Positions 7,978 through 17,616 of a stretch of 64,000 nt of DNA are shown piece by piece. The notes beneath the pieces were generated by a model. That model made no database searches. It worked only from the letters and a program-made list of their open reading frames with translations, and was not told where the DNA came from. The stretch comes from Planctomycetota bacterium (lineage in GTDB: Bacteria > Planctomycetota > B15-G4). Positions within the stretch are counted from its first letter, which is position 1, and every line of letters starts with the position of its first letter. The DNA lies in assembly GCA_029259715.1 (NCBI GenBank), contig JAJDEP010000003.1, positions 301,370 through 365,369 of the forward strand. The letters are read 5' to 3'. Made by a program: the position numbers and the translations under genes.

Positions 7978-10623
7978 ATGGCCAGCGCAGCGAACCCGCC
8001 GATGACCGACGACCGACCCGGTCAGCAGCCCAGCTCCGACCCCATCTCGGCCATCGTCGAGGCCTTCGCGGTGAAGGTCGCCGACGACGACTCGGTGGAC
8101 CTCGACGCCTTCTGCGCCGAGCAGCCGGAGGCCATCCGGGACGAGGTGCGCCGGCGCTGCGGCGACGCGCTGAAGATCCAGCGCACGCTGCGCAGCCGGC
8201 TCCGATCGAGCACCCGGCCCCGCACCATGCCCGGCGGCGGGCTCATGCCGGGCACACGCCTCGGCGAGTTCACCATCGAGTCGGAGCTGGGCCGCGGCGG
8301 CATGGGCAGCGTCGTGTATCTGGCCCGGCAGGAGTCGCTGCGACGGCGGGTCGCGCTGAAGGTCTTGAGCCTCGGGCCCGAGGTGAACGAGCGCGCCATC
8401 AAGCGCTTCCACCGGGCCGCCAGCGCCGCCGCCCGCCTCGCACACCCCGGCATCGTGCAGGTGCACTCGGTGGGCGAGACCGACGGCGCGCTCTACCTCG
8501 CCATGGAGTACATCGAGGGCAAGACCCTCGCGCAGCACCAGCGCGCCGACCTCGCCGCGTGGCCCGGCGCCCGGTCCGGCTTCCTGCTGGGCACACGGCA
8601 TCACGCCAGTCGCATCACTCAGGTGGCGGAACTGATGGCGCGCATGGCCGAGGCGCTGAGTTACGCCCACGGCGCCGGCGTGATCCACCGCGACGTCAAG
8701 CCGAGCAACGTGATCATCGATGCCGACGGGCGCCCGCACATCTGCGACTTCGACCTGGCCAAGGACCTGCACGCGGCGAGCATCAGCCAGTCGGGCGATC
8801 TCTCGGGCACGCCGTACTACATGAGCCCCGAGCAGGCCATGGCCAAGCGCGTCGCCATCGACCACCGCACGGACGTCTTCTCGCTGGGTGTGGTGCTGTA
8901 CGAGCTGCTGGCCCGCACCCGCCCCTTCGAGGGCGACACGCTGCAGTCGATCCTGCACGACATCAGCTTCCGCGAACCGACGCCGCTGCGACAGGCCAGC
9001 CCCGACGTCCCGCGGGATCTGGAGACCATTTGTCACAAGGCCCTGGAGAAGCGGCCCGACCACCGCTTCGCCTCGATGGCCGACATGGCCGCCGACCTGC
9101 GCCACTTCCTCAACCACGAGTCCATCACGGCGCGGCCCCCGTCGTTGCCCGAGCGGGCGCGACGGGCCCTCGCCAAGCACCGGGCCGCCGCGGCGCTCAT
9201 CGCGCTGGTGCTCGTGCTGGCGGCGACGCCGTTCATCGCCGACGCCTGGGCCGACCACAAGGCGCGCCGGCAGCAGGTCGAGCAGGTGGCCGACCTGGCC
9301 CATGGCGACCTGTCCGGCCTGCCCAATGCCGAACTCGTGGCCGCGCGGCAACAGGCCCTGCGACTGCTCGGCAGCACCGACCTGTCGGCCGGCGAGCGCC
9401 GGCGGGTGGACGACGCCCTGGCGCTGATCCACCTGCACGCCACCGAGCGCCGCGAGGCCGCGCTGCGAAGCATGCGTGCGGGTCTCGACCCCAGCGCCCG
9501 CATGGATCCCGGCGACCCGTTCGGCGCCTTCCCCAAGGGCTTCGGCGACTACGTGGCCGCCGCCCTGCTCGCCTCCGAGGAGGAGGCCCTCGAGCTCGTC
9601 GCCGCCAACGCCTTGAACCCCACCGTCACCGTGCGGGCCCTCGCCGCCGACGGCACGACGCTCGACGGCGCGCAGATCACCCTGCTCACCCTCGACGCGC
9701 ACACCGGCCTGGTCACCCACGACCAGCGACTCGGCCCGGCCCCCGTGAAGCGGCACTCGCTGTCGCCCGCGCTCTACCGGCTGGTCGCCCGCGGCGAGGT
9801 CGGCGGCATTCCCGTGGCCGGCGAGTCGACCCAGCTGTTCGAGACGCCGCTGGAGGCGCGCAGCGTCACCATCCGCCTGCGGGCCGAGGACGACGTCACG
9901 GCGGACATGGTGCTCATCCCCGGCGGCGCCTTCATCGCCGGGGATCCCGACGAGGCGCCCGGTGTCGCGCCCGGCGCGGGCAACGCCATCCACACCCTGC
10001 CGGCCTTCTGGATCGACCGGCATGAGGTCAGCAACGCCGAGTACAAGGCCTTCGTCGATGCCACCGGACGTCGGCCCCCGAGCCTCTGGCCCGTGCCCTA
10101 CGACGACACCCTCGACGATCTGCCCGTGGTGAGCGTGACCCACGCCGACACCCGCGCGTACGCGGCCTGGGCCGGCAAGCGTCTGCCCACCGGCCTCGAG
10201 TGGGAGCGCGCCGCCCGGGGCACCGGCGGCGCCGCATTCCCCCGCCCCCTCACCGAGGTCCCGCTGGCCGCCTACGTCATCGGGGATCCGCGCGGCGCCG
10301 ACTTCTCGAGCGATCCCGATCAGCAGGACGCCTTCGACCGGGCCCTCTATCGGGAGGCCGTGGTCGCCGTCGACGCGCGACCCGAGACGGCGGGACCCGA
10401 GGGACTCTTCCACACCCTCGACAACGTGCGCGAGTGGACCGAGAGCCCCTTCTGGGACGAGGCCGTCGGGCGCTTCCTGGGCGGGCAACACCTGGTCAAG
10501 GGCGGCGGCTGGTGGTCGATGGTCAACCCCGTCTACACCAACCTGTTTGCGCGCTCGCCGGTGCCCGACAGCGTGTTCACCCGCGGCCTGGGCTTCCGCT
10601 GTGCCCGGAGCGCGACACTCTGA
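7978..10623 (+). CDS. Ser/Thr protein kinase with TM segment and C-terminal FGE-sulfatase (SUMF1/CLec-fold) domain
   Basis: LGRGGMGSVVY, VALKVL, HRDVKPSN, DFD, GTPYYMSPEQ, DVFSLGVVLYEL; TM AAAALIALVLVLAA; FWIDRHEVSNAEY, GKRLPTGLEWERAARG, GFRCAR; alternative start at 8002. Confidence 0.9.
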   Translation: MASAANPPMTDDRPGQQPSSDPISAIVEAFAVKVADDDSVDLDAFCAEQPEAIRDEVRRRCGDALKIQRTLRSRLRSSTRPRTMPGGGLMPGTRLGEFTIESELGRGGMGSVVYLARQESLRRRVALKVLSLGPEVNERAIKRFHRAASAAARLAHPGIVQVHSVGETDGALYLAMEYIEGKTLAQHQRADLAAWPGARSGFLLGTRHHASRITQVAELMARMAEALSYAHGAGVIHRDVKPSNVIIDADGRPHICDFDLAKDLHAASISQSGDLSGTPYYMSPEQAMAKRVAIDHRTDVFSLGVVLYELLARTRPFEGDTLQSILHDISFREPTPLRQASPDVPRDLETICHKALEKRPDHRFASMADMAADLRHFLNHESITARPPSLPERARRALAKHRAAAALIALVLVLAATPFIADAWADHKARRQQVEQVADLAHGDLSGLPNAELVAARQQALRLLGSTDLSAGERRRVDDALALIHLHATERREAALRSMRAGLDPSARMDPGDPFGAFPKGFGDYVAAALLASEEEALELVAANALNPTVTVRALAADGTTLDGAQITLLTLDAHTGLVTHDQRLGPAPVKRHSLSPALYRLVARGEVGGIPVAGESTQLFETPLEARSVTIRLRAEDDVTADMVLIPGGAFIAGDPDEAPGVAPGAGNAIHTLPAFWIDRHEVSNAEYKAFVDATGRRPPSLWPVPYDDTLDDLPVVSVTHADTRAYAAWAGKRLPTGLEWERAARGTGGAAFPRPLTEVPLAAYVIGDPRGADFSSDPDQQDAFDRALYREAVVAVDARPETAGPEGLFHTLDNVREWTESPFWDEAVGRFLGGQHLVKGGGWWSMVNPVYTNLFARSPVPDSVFTRGLGFRCARSATL

Positions 10624-10690
10624 GACGCGCCCGCCGCCATCGCATCGAGGGCCATCAAACCAAGGGAAATCAGCAAGAGGAGCAAGGAAG

Positions 10691-11287
10691 ATGCCAGGAA
10701 CACCCGCAACAGGATCGGTCTACTTCGGATTCCATGTGCCAAGCGACAGTCCCTACAACAAGTGGGATTCGGCCAAGCGCATGAGCGTGAAGCAGAAGGT
10801 CAACACCGAGATCAAGGGCAAGACCTCGATCAACCGCCGCGACGAGCTGAACAGCCTCGCCATCTCGACCCAACCGGGCGGCACCATCGAAGAGACGGAC
10901 GTGCGCAAGATCATGAAGGACGCGCTCGACCGCACCCACAAGGGCATGCCCGGATTCGCGAGCGACAGCCACGCCATCAGTCTTGCCGTGCCGGTGGGCG
11001 GCGGCATCGGGACCGGCGGCGAGGAACCCGACCCCGACCACATCACCTACATCTATGTGGGCACGCGCCGCCTCTGCATCCACGGCTACGGCCTGACGGT
11101 GAAGGCCAACGCCGACGACAACGCCGCGACGGTGCCGTGGACGGTGCAGGAGGACGGCCACGACTTCGCCATCCAGGCCAACCTCCAATGGGGCAGCGCC
11201 GCCGACGCCGGCGGGTCGGCCAACGTCGTCAGCGACGGTGGGTTCACCAGCGCCGACAGCGGTGGTCCCGTCACGCCGGGCGGCTGA
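10691..11287 (+). CDS. Hypothetical protein (no recognisable family)
   Basis: AGAGGAG RBS; GC3-biased frame; MPGTPATGSVYFGFHVP... Confidence 0.7.
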   Translation: MPGTPATGSVYFGFHVPSDSPYNKWDSAKRMSVKQKVNTEIKGKTSINRRDELNSLAISTQPGGTIEETDVRKIMKDALDRTHKGMPGFASDSHAISLAVPVGGGIGTGGEEPDPDHITYIYVGTRRLCIHGYGLTVKANADDNAATVPWTVQEDGHDFAIQANLQWGSAADAGGSANVVSDGGFTSADSGGPVTPGG

Positions 11288-11795
11288 GGCCGTCGGTCAG
11301 GTCCTGCGGGCGGACGTGGGCGAGCAACTCCCCGCATCCGCCCGACAGGGCCGACCAGTCGTCCGGCAGGGCGAGGTGCGCGAGGGTCGCCGGCGGAAAG
11401 AAGTCACCCGGTCTCCAGTCCGATCGCCTGGATGCCAGGTGCGCGGCGAGCTCCGCCATGCCCGGGTTGTGGGCCACCAACAGCACCCGGCGGGCCGCGC
11501 GGGGGGCCCCGGCCAGGACGTCGAGGCAGGTCGGCACGTCGGCGAGGTACAGGCGCTCCTCGAGCACCAATTCCGGTCCCCCCTCGAGGGCCGCGCAGAC
11601 GCCGCGCGCGGTCATCACCGCCCGCCGTGCCGCCGAACAGACGGCGTGGTCGGGCTCGGCCGCGTGCGCGCCGAGCCAGGCCCCCACTGCTGCCGCCTGT
11701 TCGAGCCCGCGGTCGTCGAGGACGCGCTCGAAGTCGGAAGCGAAGCCTCCAGCGTCCGCGTGAGCATGGCGCAGGATGATCAGTTCACGAACCAT
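11271..11795 (-). CDS. sixA: Phosphohistidine phosphatase SixA family
   Basis: LIILRHAHA, DFERVLDDRG, CSAARRAVMTA, LLVAHNPGM, FPPA motifs. Confidence 0.85.
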   Translation of the reverse strand: MVRELIILRHAHADAGGFASDFERVLDDRGLEQAAAVGAWLGAHAAEPDHAVCSAARRAVMTARGVCAALEGGPELVLEERLYLADVPTCLDVLAGAPRAARRVLLVAHNPGMAELAAHLASRRSDWRPGDFFPPATLAHLALPDDWSALSGGCGELLAHVRPQDLTDGLSRPA

Positions 11796-11928
11796 GACGG
11801 TGCCCCCCCCATGAGCCGCCTCCGCGGCCCCACCCCTTCCCCATCTTGGCCCCCCGCCATTGGAAGAAAACAGCCCCTGCGCTGCATTTCGTATAGATTA
11901 CGGCGCGCCAGACGCCGATGTTTCAGGC

Positions 11929-13434
11929 ATGCAGAGAGGCGACTTGCAGCATGGGCCCGGCCGCCGTCTCGCCGCAGCGGCCCTCATCCTGGCCCTGGCT
12001 CCCGGCCTGTGCCCGACCATCCGCGCGGCGGCCCCCGGCGCCAGCGACCCGAGCACCGACGGGCCCCCAGCGAGTGACCCCGATTCGAGTGCCCCCGGGT
12101 CGAGTGATGTGGTCCCGGCCAAATTCTCGAACCTGCGCTTCGAGGAGGACTGGAGTCACCTCGCCGACCCCGACGTCGTTTCCGACCATCTCTGGCCGAG
12201 CATCAAGCACGTCGAGCTGAGCGACGACTGGACGGCGAGCTTCGGCGGACAGGTCCGCCTGCGCATGCAGAGCGAGGACAACAAGAGTCTGCGCGAGCTG
12301 TCGCCCCAGCGGAACGACTTCAACCTCCTGCGTACACGGGTGCACGGCGACTTCCGTCACCGCAGCGGTCTGCGGGTCTTCATCGAGGGCATCGACGCGC
12401 GCATCCACGGCCACGAGCGCATGCCCCTCGGCATCGACCGCAACAACGCCGACCTGCTCAACGCCTTCGTCGAGGCGCCCCTCACCGACGATGTGCGCCT
12501 GCGCGTCGGCCGCATGGAGTTGCAGGAGGGTGGACAGCGACTCGTCTCGCCCCTCGACTGGGGCAACACCCGGCGCAGCTTCGACGGCGGCCTCGTGCGG
12601 GTGGAGGGCGAGGACGTCAAGACCGACTTCTTCTACGCCAGCCGCGTGGGGGTCGAGCCGCGCTCGTCGGACGATCGCGACGGCAGCCAGGACTTCGGCG
12701 GCGTCTACTCGACCCTCACCACCGATGGCGGCGACACCGTCGACGCCTTCCTGCTCGCCCTCGATGAGGAGAATCCGCTCTTCATGGGCAGCGACGGCGG
12801 CATGGGCGACCAGACCGTCTACACCCTCGGCGGACGCTTCAAGGGCAAGACCGGCCAGACCGACTACGAGCTCTGGGGCGCCGTGCAGCGCGGCGATCGG
12901 GCCGGCGACGACATCGATGCCTACTCGTACGAGGCGCGGGTCGGGCAGACCTTCCCCGACGTGCCGGGCAAGCCGCGGGTGGGCCTCGACTTCATCTATG
13001 CCAGCGGCGACAACGACCCCACCGACGGCGAATTCGAGACGTTCAACCAGCACTTCCCGCTCGGTCACGCCTACCTCGGATACTTCGACCTGGTCGGGCG
13101 CCAGAACATCATCGACCTCTCGCCCAGCGTGGCGGTGAAGCTCGCCGAGCGGACCACCGCCCGGGTGGCCCTGCACAAGTTCAACCTGGCCGAGAGCGAG
13201 GACGCGCTGTTCAACGCCGGCGGCGCGGCCACCTTCGCCGATCCGTCCGGCACCGCCGGGCAGGCCGTGGGCACCGAGCTCGACGTGACCATCGCCCACC
13301 GACCCGAGATGCTCGCCCCCCACGCCCACGTGCTGCTCGGGTGGTCCCACTTCAGCGCCGAGCGCCACATCGACCGCCTGGGCGGGAGCGGCAGCGCCGA
13401 CCTGGTCTACCTGCAGTTCACCGGGACCTTCTGA
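11929..13434 (+). CDS. Alginate export (AlgE-like) outer-membrane beta-barrel protein
   Basis: Signal peptide; LRFEEDWSHL, IKHVEL, GRMELQEGGQRLVSPLDWGNTRRSFDG, ASGDNDPTDGEFETFNQHFPLGH; terminal Phe (YLQFTGTF). Confidence 0.85.
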   Translation: MQRGDLQHGPGRRLAAAALILALAPGLCPTIRAAAPGASDPSTDGPPASDPDSSAPGSSDVVPAKFSNLRFEEDWSHLADPDVVSDHLWPSIKHVELSDDWTASFGGQVRLRMQSEDNKSLRELSPQRNDFNLLRTRVHGDFRHRSGLRVFIEGIDARIHGHERMPLGIDRNNADLLNAFVEAPLTDDVRLRVGRMELQEGGQRLVSPLDWGNTRRSFDGGLVRVEGEDVKTDFFYASRVGVEPRSSDDRDGSQDFGGVYSTLTTDGGDTVDAFLLALDEENPLFMGSDGGMGDQTVYTLGGRFKGKTGQTDYELWGAVQRGDRAGDDIDAYSYEARVGQTFPDVPGKPRVGLDFIYASGDNDPTDGEFETFNQHFPLGHAYLGYFDLVGRQNIIDLSPSVAVKLAERTTARVALHKFNLAESEDALFNAGGAATFADPSGTAGQAVGTELDVTIAHRPEMLAPHAHVLLGWSHFSAERHIDRLGGSGSADLVYLQFTGTF

Positions 13435-13485
13435 TTCCCGACGCCGGTTGACCCAACGTTCGGGCTGATCACCGGCGCCGCCGAG

Positions 13486-13758
13486 TCAGTCGGAGGGTTG
13501 CTCGCCGGCCAGGAATTCCCAGATGGCCTCGGCGTTCTCGGGCAGCAGCCCGCCCTGCACGCCGTCCTCGTGACCGATCATCACGTTGGGCCCAGTGGCA
13601 CAGTGGTCCATGCACGACGTCGAACAGAGCAGCACCCGGGCCCGGCCCGGCTCGGCCTGCTGACGCGCCGCGAGAGCCGCCAGCAGCGCCTCGCCCCCGC
13701 GTTCGCCGCACGACGGTCCGTGACAGATGAAGGCGACGGGACGCGGTGTGGCCGGCAT
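13486..13758 (-). CDS. Thioredoxin-like [2Fe-2S] ferredoxin
   Basis: FICHGPSC...TSCMDHCATGPNV, the four-Cys pattern of the NuoE/TRX-Fd family; may instead start at GTG 13848, coupled to the upstream stop. Confidence 0.75.
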   Translation of the reverse strand: MPATPRPVAFICHGPSCGERGGEALLAALAARQQAEPGRARVLLCSTSCMDHCATGPNVMIGHEDGVQGGLLPENAEAIWEFLAGEQPSD

Positions 13759-13844
13759 GTCGCTGGAAGTCGGGGGAGCGACACGCCCGAGGGGCGGCAG
13801 GCGCGCGGGGCCGCGTCCGGCTCCGTCGGGCGCGCCGCCCGCCG

Positions 13845-16304
13845 TCACGTCGCGCGTCTCCGGCCGGCCAACAGCGCCACGGCATAGCTCGCCGCCGCCA
13901 CCAGGAAGGCCGTCGTGAATCCCGCTGCCATGGCGATCAGGATACCAGCGACGGAGGCGATCACCGAGGCGCCACCGTTGATCCCGAAGGCCCACGGCAC
14001 GAGCGCCGACGAGCGACTCGAGAGCAACGCCAGGCCGGACGGGAAGGGCATGCCCATCACGAAGGCCAGCGGCCCGAGGACCCCGATGGAAACCAGGATG
14101 CGCGCCCACAGCGGCAGCAGCAGCGCCGCATCGAACAGGGACGGCAAGCCGAGCATGAGCGCCAGCACGAGCACCACGACGGCGATCAGCGCCCGCGTCA
14201 GCGTGCGGGACGAATCGTTGCTGCGCCCCGCCACCGACGCGCCCAGTCCCGAGAAGACGAGGAACGACACGAGCACCACCGTGATGGCGTAGCCCGGGTG
14301 CCCCAGGAACAGCACGAAGCGCTGCATGACGGCCACCTCGACCAGCATGTAGCCCGCGCCCAGGCCGAAGAAGTAGAGCGTCCAGCGCCCGGCCCCGGTC
14401 ACCTTCAGCCCCTCGCGCCGGAACAACAGCAGCGGCACGAGCACGAGCAGCACCACCAGCACGGCGGACTGCCCCAGCACGGTCAGCAGCATGATCAGGC
14501 CGATGGGCTCGCCGCCGACGATGCCCGCGTAGCGGTCGGAGGTCTCCTCCTCGCCTTCGCCGCCGAACCAATGGCTCCACACCCGCTCCCAGCGGTGGTA
14601 GCGGAAGAAGAACGGATTGTCGTCGCGCACCGGGTCGACGTCGTAGACGTAGGCCGCCCGGAAGTCGCGGTCGGTGCCGTCGCGCACGGCGTCGAAGTAC
14701 GCGGCCACCTCGCCCCCCTGCGGCGCCGGCACCCCGGGGGCGTACAGCATGAACGCCTGGGGATCCGCCGCGGCGAAGCGCTCGTAGAGGTTCACTTGGT
14801 CGGGGCTGAAGGGCTGCTTGCGCAGGAGCAGCATGCCGTAGTCGATGCCCACCTCCGAACCGTCGGGCAGCGGCTGCTTGTGGCCCTTGAAGCCCAGCAT
14901 GACCACGTGGTTCTCGGGCTGCTCGACGCCGTCCTCGCGCAGGGCCTCCACCATGATCGCCGCCAGCCGCAGCGTCTCGCGCGGCGGCTCGAAGCGGAAA
15001 CGCAGCACGCAGATGACGCCGTCGTCGGTGAGGTGGTCGAGGAAGTCGTCGTAGGCCTCGAGCGTGTAGAGGTACGACTCCGACATGACGTAGCTGCCCG
15101 AGGACAGGGCGGTGTAGGTGTCCGTCCCCGTCATCTGGATGATGTCGTACTGCTGGTCGGAGCGGCGCAGCCACGAGCGCCCCTCGCCCACGTGCACGGA
15201 GACGCCCGGCAGGTGGTAGCGGTTCCGGGTGGGCTCGGCGTACTTGCCGCGCATCATCCCGGCCATGGAGGCGTTCAGCTCGACGCCCGTGAAGTCGACC
15301 CGGCTGCCGTCGGGGAACACCCGCTTCTCGGCCGCGCCCTGCAGCACGTCGATGCCGCCGCCGATGCCGATGGCCAGGGCCTTGGGGGCCGTCTCCTGGA
15401 ACATCAGGTAGGCCAGCCCCTCCTTGGCGAGGATGTTGATGTTCTCGTGGGCGGCGCCGAGGGGCAGCACGGAGGGCGCGTCGGCGTCCTGGAAGATGGT
15501 GCGCTGGACGCGGGGCTTGTCGGGCCCGGGCCCCACCACGTCGAGGCGCGCCACCGGATCCCACACGGTGTGCTCGACACGCAGCGACGGGTCCATGCCC
15601 ATGATCACGGCCATGGCCTTGCTCTTGGCCGGCGGCACGGTGAACAGCGCGGTCGGCGCGAGCGCCGCCATGATCAGCGCGCCCGCCGCCGCCAGACCGG
15701 CGAGGCGTCCCAGTCCCCGGCCGGCTGTGCTGCCGCGGCACAGGCTCCACGCGCCACCGAAGGCCAGGGCCGTCGCCACAACGATGGTGCCCTCGCCGCC
15801 GAAGACCCGCAGGATGGGCACGTAGATGGCACAGCCGAGGGCCGACCCGCCCATGTTCCACGCGTACATCTGGCCCACCCGCGGGCCGGCGTCGGTGAGG
15901 GCCAGGGCCACCACCAGGCCGCCGAAGACCATCGGCACCACCAACACGGCGTAGTTCACGGCGGCCATGAAGATGCCCGCCCGCGTGTGCGAGGTGTCGA
16001 GCTCGATGCGCGTGATCAGCGCGTAGCTGCCGAGGGCGGTGAGACCGAAGAGCAGCCCCCACAGGCCGAGGCGTCGGGAGACGTCGCCCCCGATCCAGGC
16101 CCGCCGGCAAGCCAGCGCGGCGCCCCCCGCGGCGAACCCCAGCAGCGTGAAGGTGACCACCAGGTAGGTCAGGTGGTGCCAGAGCATGTAGGAGAACACG
16201 CGCGTCTGCACGAGCTGCAGCAGCAGCACGGCGGCCGAGACGAGGGCGACGCCGACCAGGCGTCCGCGTCCGGGAGCGGCGCGGGAGGGCTCGGGCGTCG
16301 TCAC
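13845..16304 (-). CDS. Polytopic membrane protein with central spermidine-synthase-like SAM-binding domain
   Basis: N- and C-terminal TM blocks; ALAIGIGGGIDV, GVELN, GEGRSWL, YDII, SESYLYTLEA, PVRDDNPFFF, FVMGMPFPSGL, WAFGINGGASV. Confidence 0.82.
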   Translation of the reverse strand: MTTPEPSRAAPGRGRLVGVALVSAAVLLLQLVQTRVFSYMLWHHLTYLVVTFTLLGFAAGGAALACRRAWIGGDVSRRLGLWGLLFGLTALGSYALITRIELDTSHTRAGIFMAAVNYAVLVVPMVFGGLVVALALTDAGPRVGQMYAWNMGGSALGCAIYVPILRVFGGEGTIVVATALAFGGAWSLCRGSTAGRGLGRLAGLAAAGALIMAALAPTALFTVPPAKSKAMAVIMGMDPSLRVEHTVWDPVARLDVVGPGPDKPRVQRTIFQDADAPSVLPLGAAHENINILAKEGLAYLMFQETAPKALAIGIGGGIDVLQGAAEKRVFPDGSRVDFTGVELNASMAGMMRGKYAEPTRNRYHLPGVSVHVGEGRSWLRRSDQQYDIIQMTGTDTYTALSSGSYVMSESYLYTLEAYDDFLDHLTDDGVICVLRFRFEPPRETLRLAAIMVEALREDGVEQPENHVVMLGFKGHKQPLPDGSEVGIDYGMLLLRKQPFSPDQVNLYERFAAADPQAFMLYAPGVPAPQGGEVAAYFDAVRDGTDRDFRAAYVYDVDPVRDDNPFFFRYHRWERVWSHWFGGEGEEETSDRYAGIVGGEPIGLIMLLTVLGQSAVLVVLLVLVPLLLFRREGLKVTGAGRWTLYFFGLGAGYMLVEVAVMQRFVLFLGHPGYAITVVLVSFLVFSGLGASVAGRSNDSSRTLTRALIAVVVLVLALMLGLPSLFDAALLLPLWARILVSIGVLGPLAFVMGMPFPSGLALLSSRSSALVPWAFGINGGASVIASVAGILIAMAAGFTTAFLVAAASYAVALLAGRRRAT

Positions 16305-16534
16305 GGCGGCGGGGCACTCCGGCGGTCGGTTGCGGGCATCCCGTGCAGCGAGGGCACGGGCGGTGTGGGCACGGTCGCGGAGAGCATACCCCGCAGGAGC
16401 GGCGTCCCCGCGACCCCACCGGAAGCCGAGCTCCCGGACCCGGGGAAGGCCGGCCGGCGGACCTGCGTCCAAGCCGACGTCCTGCGCCCGGCCCGGTCCA
16501 CGCGCTAGGATGGCCGACGCCCCGCAGCCACCGG

Positions 16535-17569
16535 ATGACCCCGTTGAGCGCAGAACGCATTCCGAGACTCCTCGTCACCGGCGGTGCCGGCTTCATCGGC
16601 CATCACCTGGTGGCCGAGCGGCTGCTCCGGGGCGCTGCCGTCACGGTCCTCGACGACGGCTCCACCGGGTCCTGGGACGCCCTGCCCGCTCATCCGGCCC
16701 TGCGCCGGGTGGTGGGCTGCGTCACCGATCCGGCCGCGGTGTCCCGGGCCGTCGGGGCGGGCGTCGACCGCGTCTACCACCTCGCCGGCGTGGTCGGGGT
16801 GCGCCTCGCGGTGGCCGAACGTCGCCGCGCCCACGATGTGACCGTGAACGGCACCCGGGCCGTGCTCGCCGCCACGGGCGATGCCCCCGTGGTGCTGTTC
16901 TCGTCGTCGGCCGTCTACGGCCTGCACCGCGCCGACCAGGCGCACGAGCAGCTCACCATCGGGCAGGCCGAGGCCCTCGAGTACGACGGCGGCGAGCCCG
17001 GCTATGCCACCGGCAAGTGGCGCCTCGAGCAGCTCGGCGCCCGCGCCGCGCAGCAGGGACGGGGCGTGCTCGTGGTGCGCCCGTTCAACGTCGTGGGACT
17101 GGGACAGATCGGCGCCTACGGCATGGTGCTCCCGCGCTTCCTCGCCGCGGCCCTCGCCGGCCGCCCCCTCGTGGTCTACGACGACGGCGCCCAGAGCCGA
17201 GCCTTCAGCGGCGTGGCCACCTTCCTGCAGGCGCTGCGGCGGCTTGAAGCCACGCCCCGCGCCTGGGGCTCCGTCGTGAACGTGGGCGCACCGACGGGCA
17301 CGACGATCCTGCAGCTCGCGCACACCGTCGTCGACGCCGTGGCCGAACACTTCGGCATCGCCGCCGAGATCCGCCACCGCCCCTACGGCGAGGTCTTCCC
17401 GGGGCGGGTGGACGTCCGCGCCCGGGTCCCCGATCCGGGCAGCCTCACCGACCTGATCGGTCCCCTCCACTGGCCCGACGTCACCGCACTCGTGGCCGCA
17501 TTGCTCCCGGGGCACGCGCCCGCACCGGCCTCCCGAGCGGCCCTCGTCACGGAGCCGGTGAGCTCCTAG
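16535..17569 (+). CDS. NAD-dependent epimerase/dehydratase
   Basis: LVTGGAGFIGHHL, YHLAGVVG, SSSAVYG, YATGK (YxxxK), RPFNVVG. Confidence 0.9.
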   Translation: MTPLSAERIPRLLVTGGAGFIGHHLVAERLLRGAAVTVLDDGSTGSWDALPAHPALRRVVGCVTDPAAVSRAVGAGVDRVYHLAGVVGVRLAVAERRRAHDVTVNGTRAVLAATGDAPVVLFSSSAVYGLHRADQAHEQLTIGQAEALEYDGGEPGYATGKWRLEQLGARAAQQGRGVLVVRPFNVVGLGQIGAYGMVLPRFLAAALAGRPLVVYDDGAQSRAFSGVATFLQALRRLEATPRAWGSVVNVGAPTGTTILQLAHTVVDAVAEHFGIAAEIRHRPYGEVFPGRVDVRARVPDPGSLTDLIGPLHWPDVTALVAALLPGHAPAPASRAALVTEPVSS

Positions 17570-17616
17570 GCCCCTTTCCTGAGCCCCGCTCCGGGGCTCC
17601 GCGCTGCCGGACGGCC

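Noticed and set aside
7696-10491. Long antisense or alternative-frame ORFs (also 1..1494, 13746..16508, 17902..20121, 45998..48277 and others)
   Set aside because: Shadow ORFs caused by high GC; they overlap well-supported genes and give low-complexity translations with no motifs.
10380-10623. FGE/CLec C-terminus as a diversity-generating retroelement target
   Set aside because: No reverse transcriptase and no template-repeat copy seen in the window; a remote DGR cannot be excluded.
11894-11920. Additional sigma28-like site TAGAT-N15-GCCGATG before the alginate-export gene (also TCAAG at 20382)
   Set aside because: Poor -35 or -10 match or wrong spacing, and too close to the start codon; not counted.
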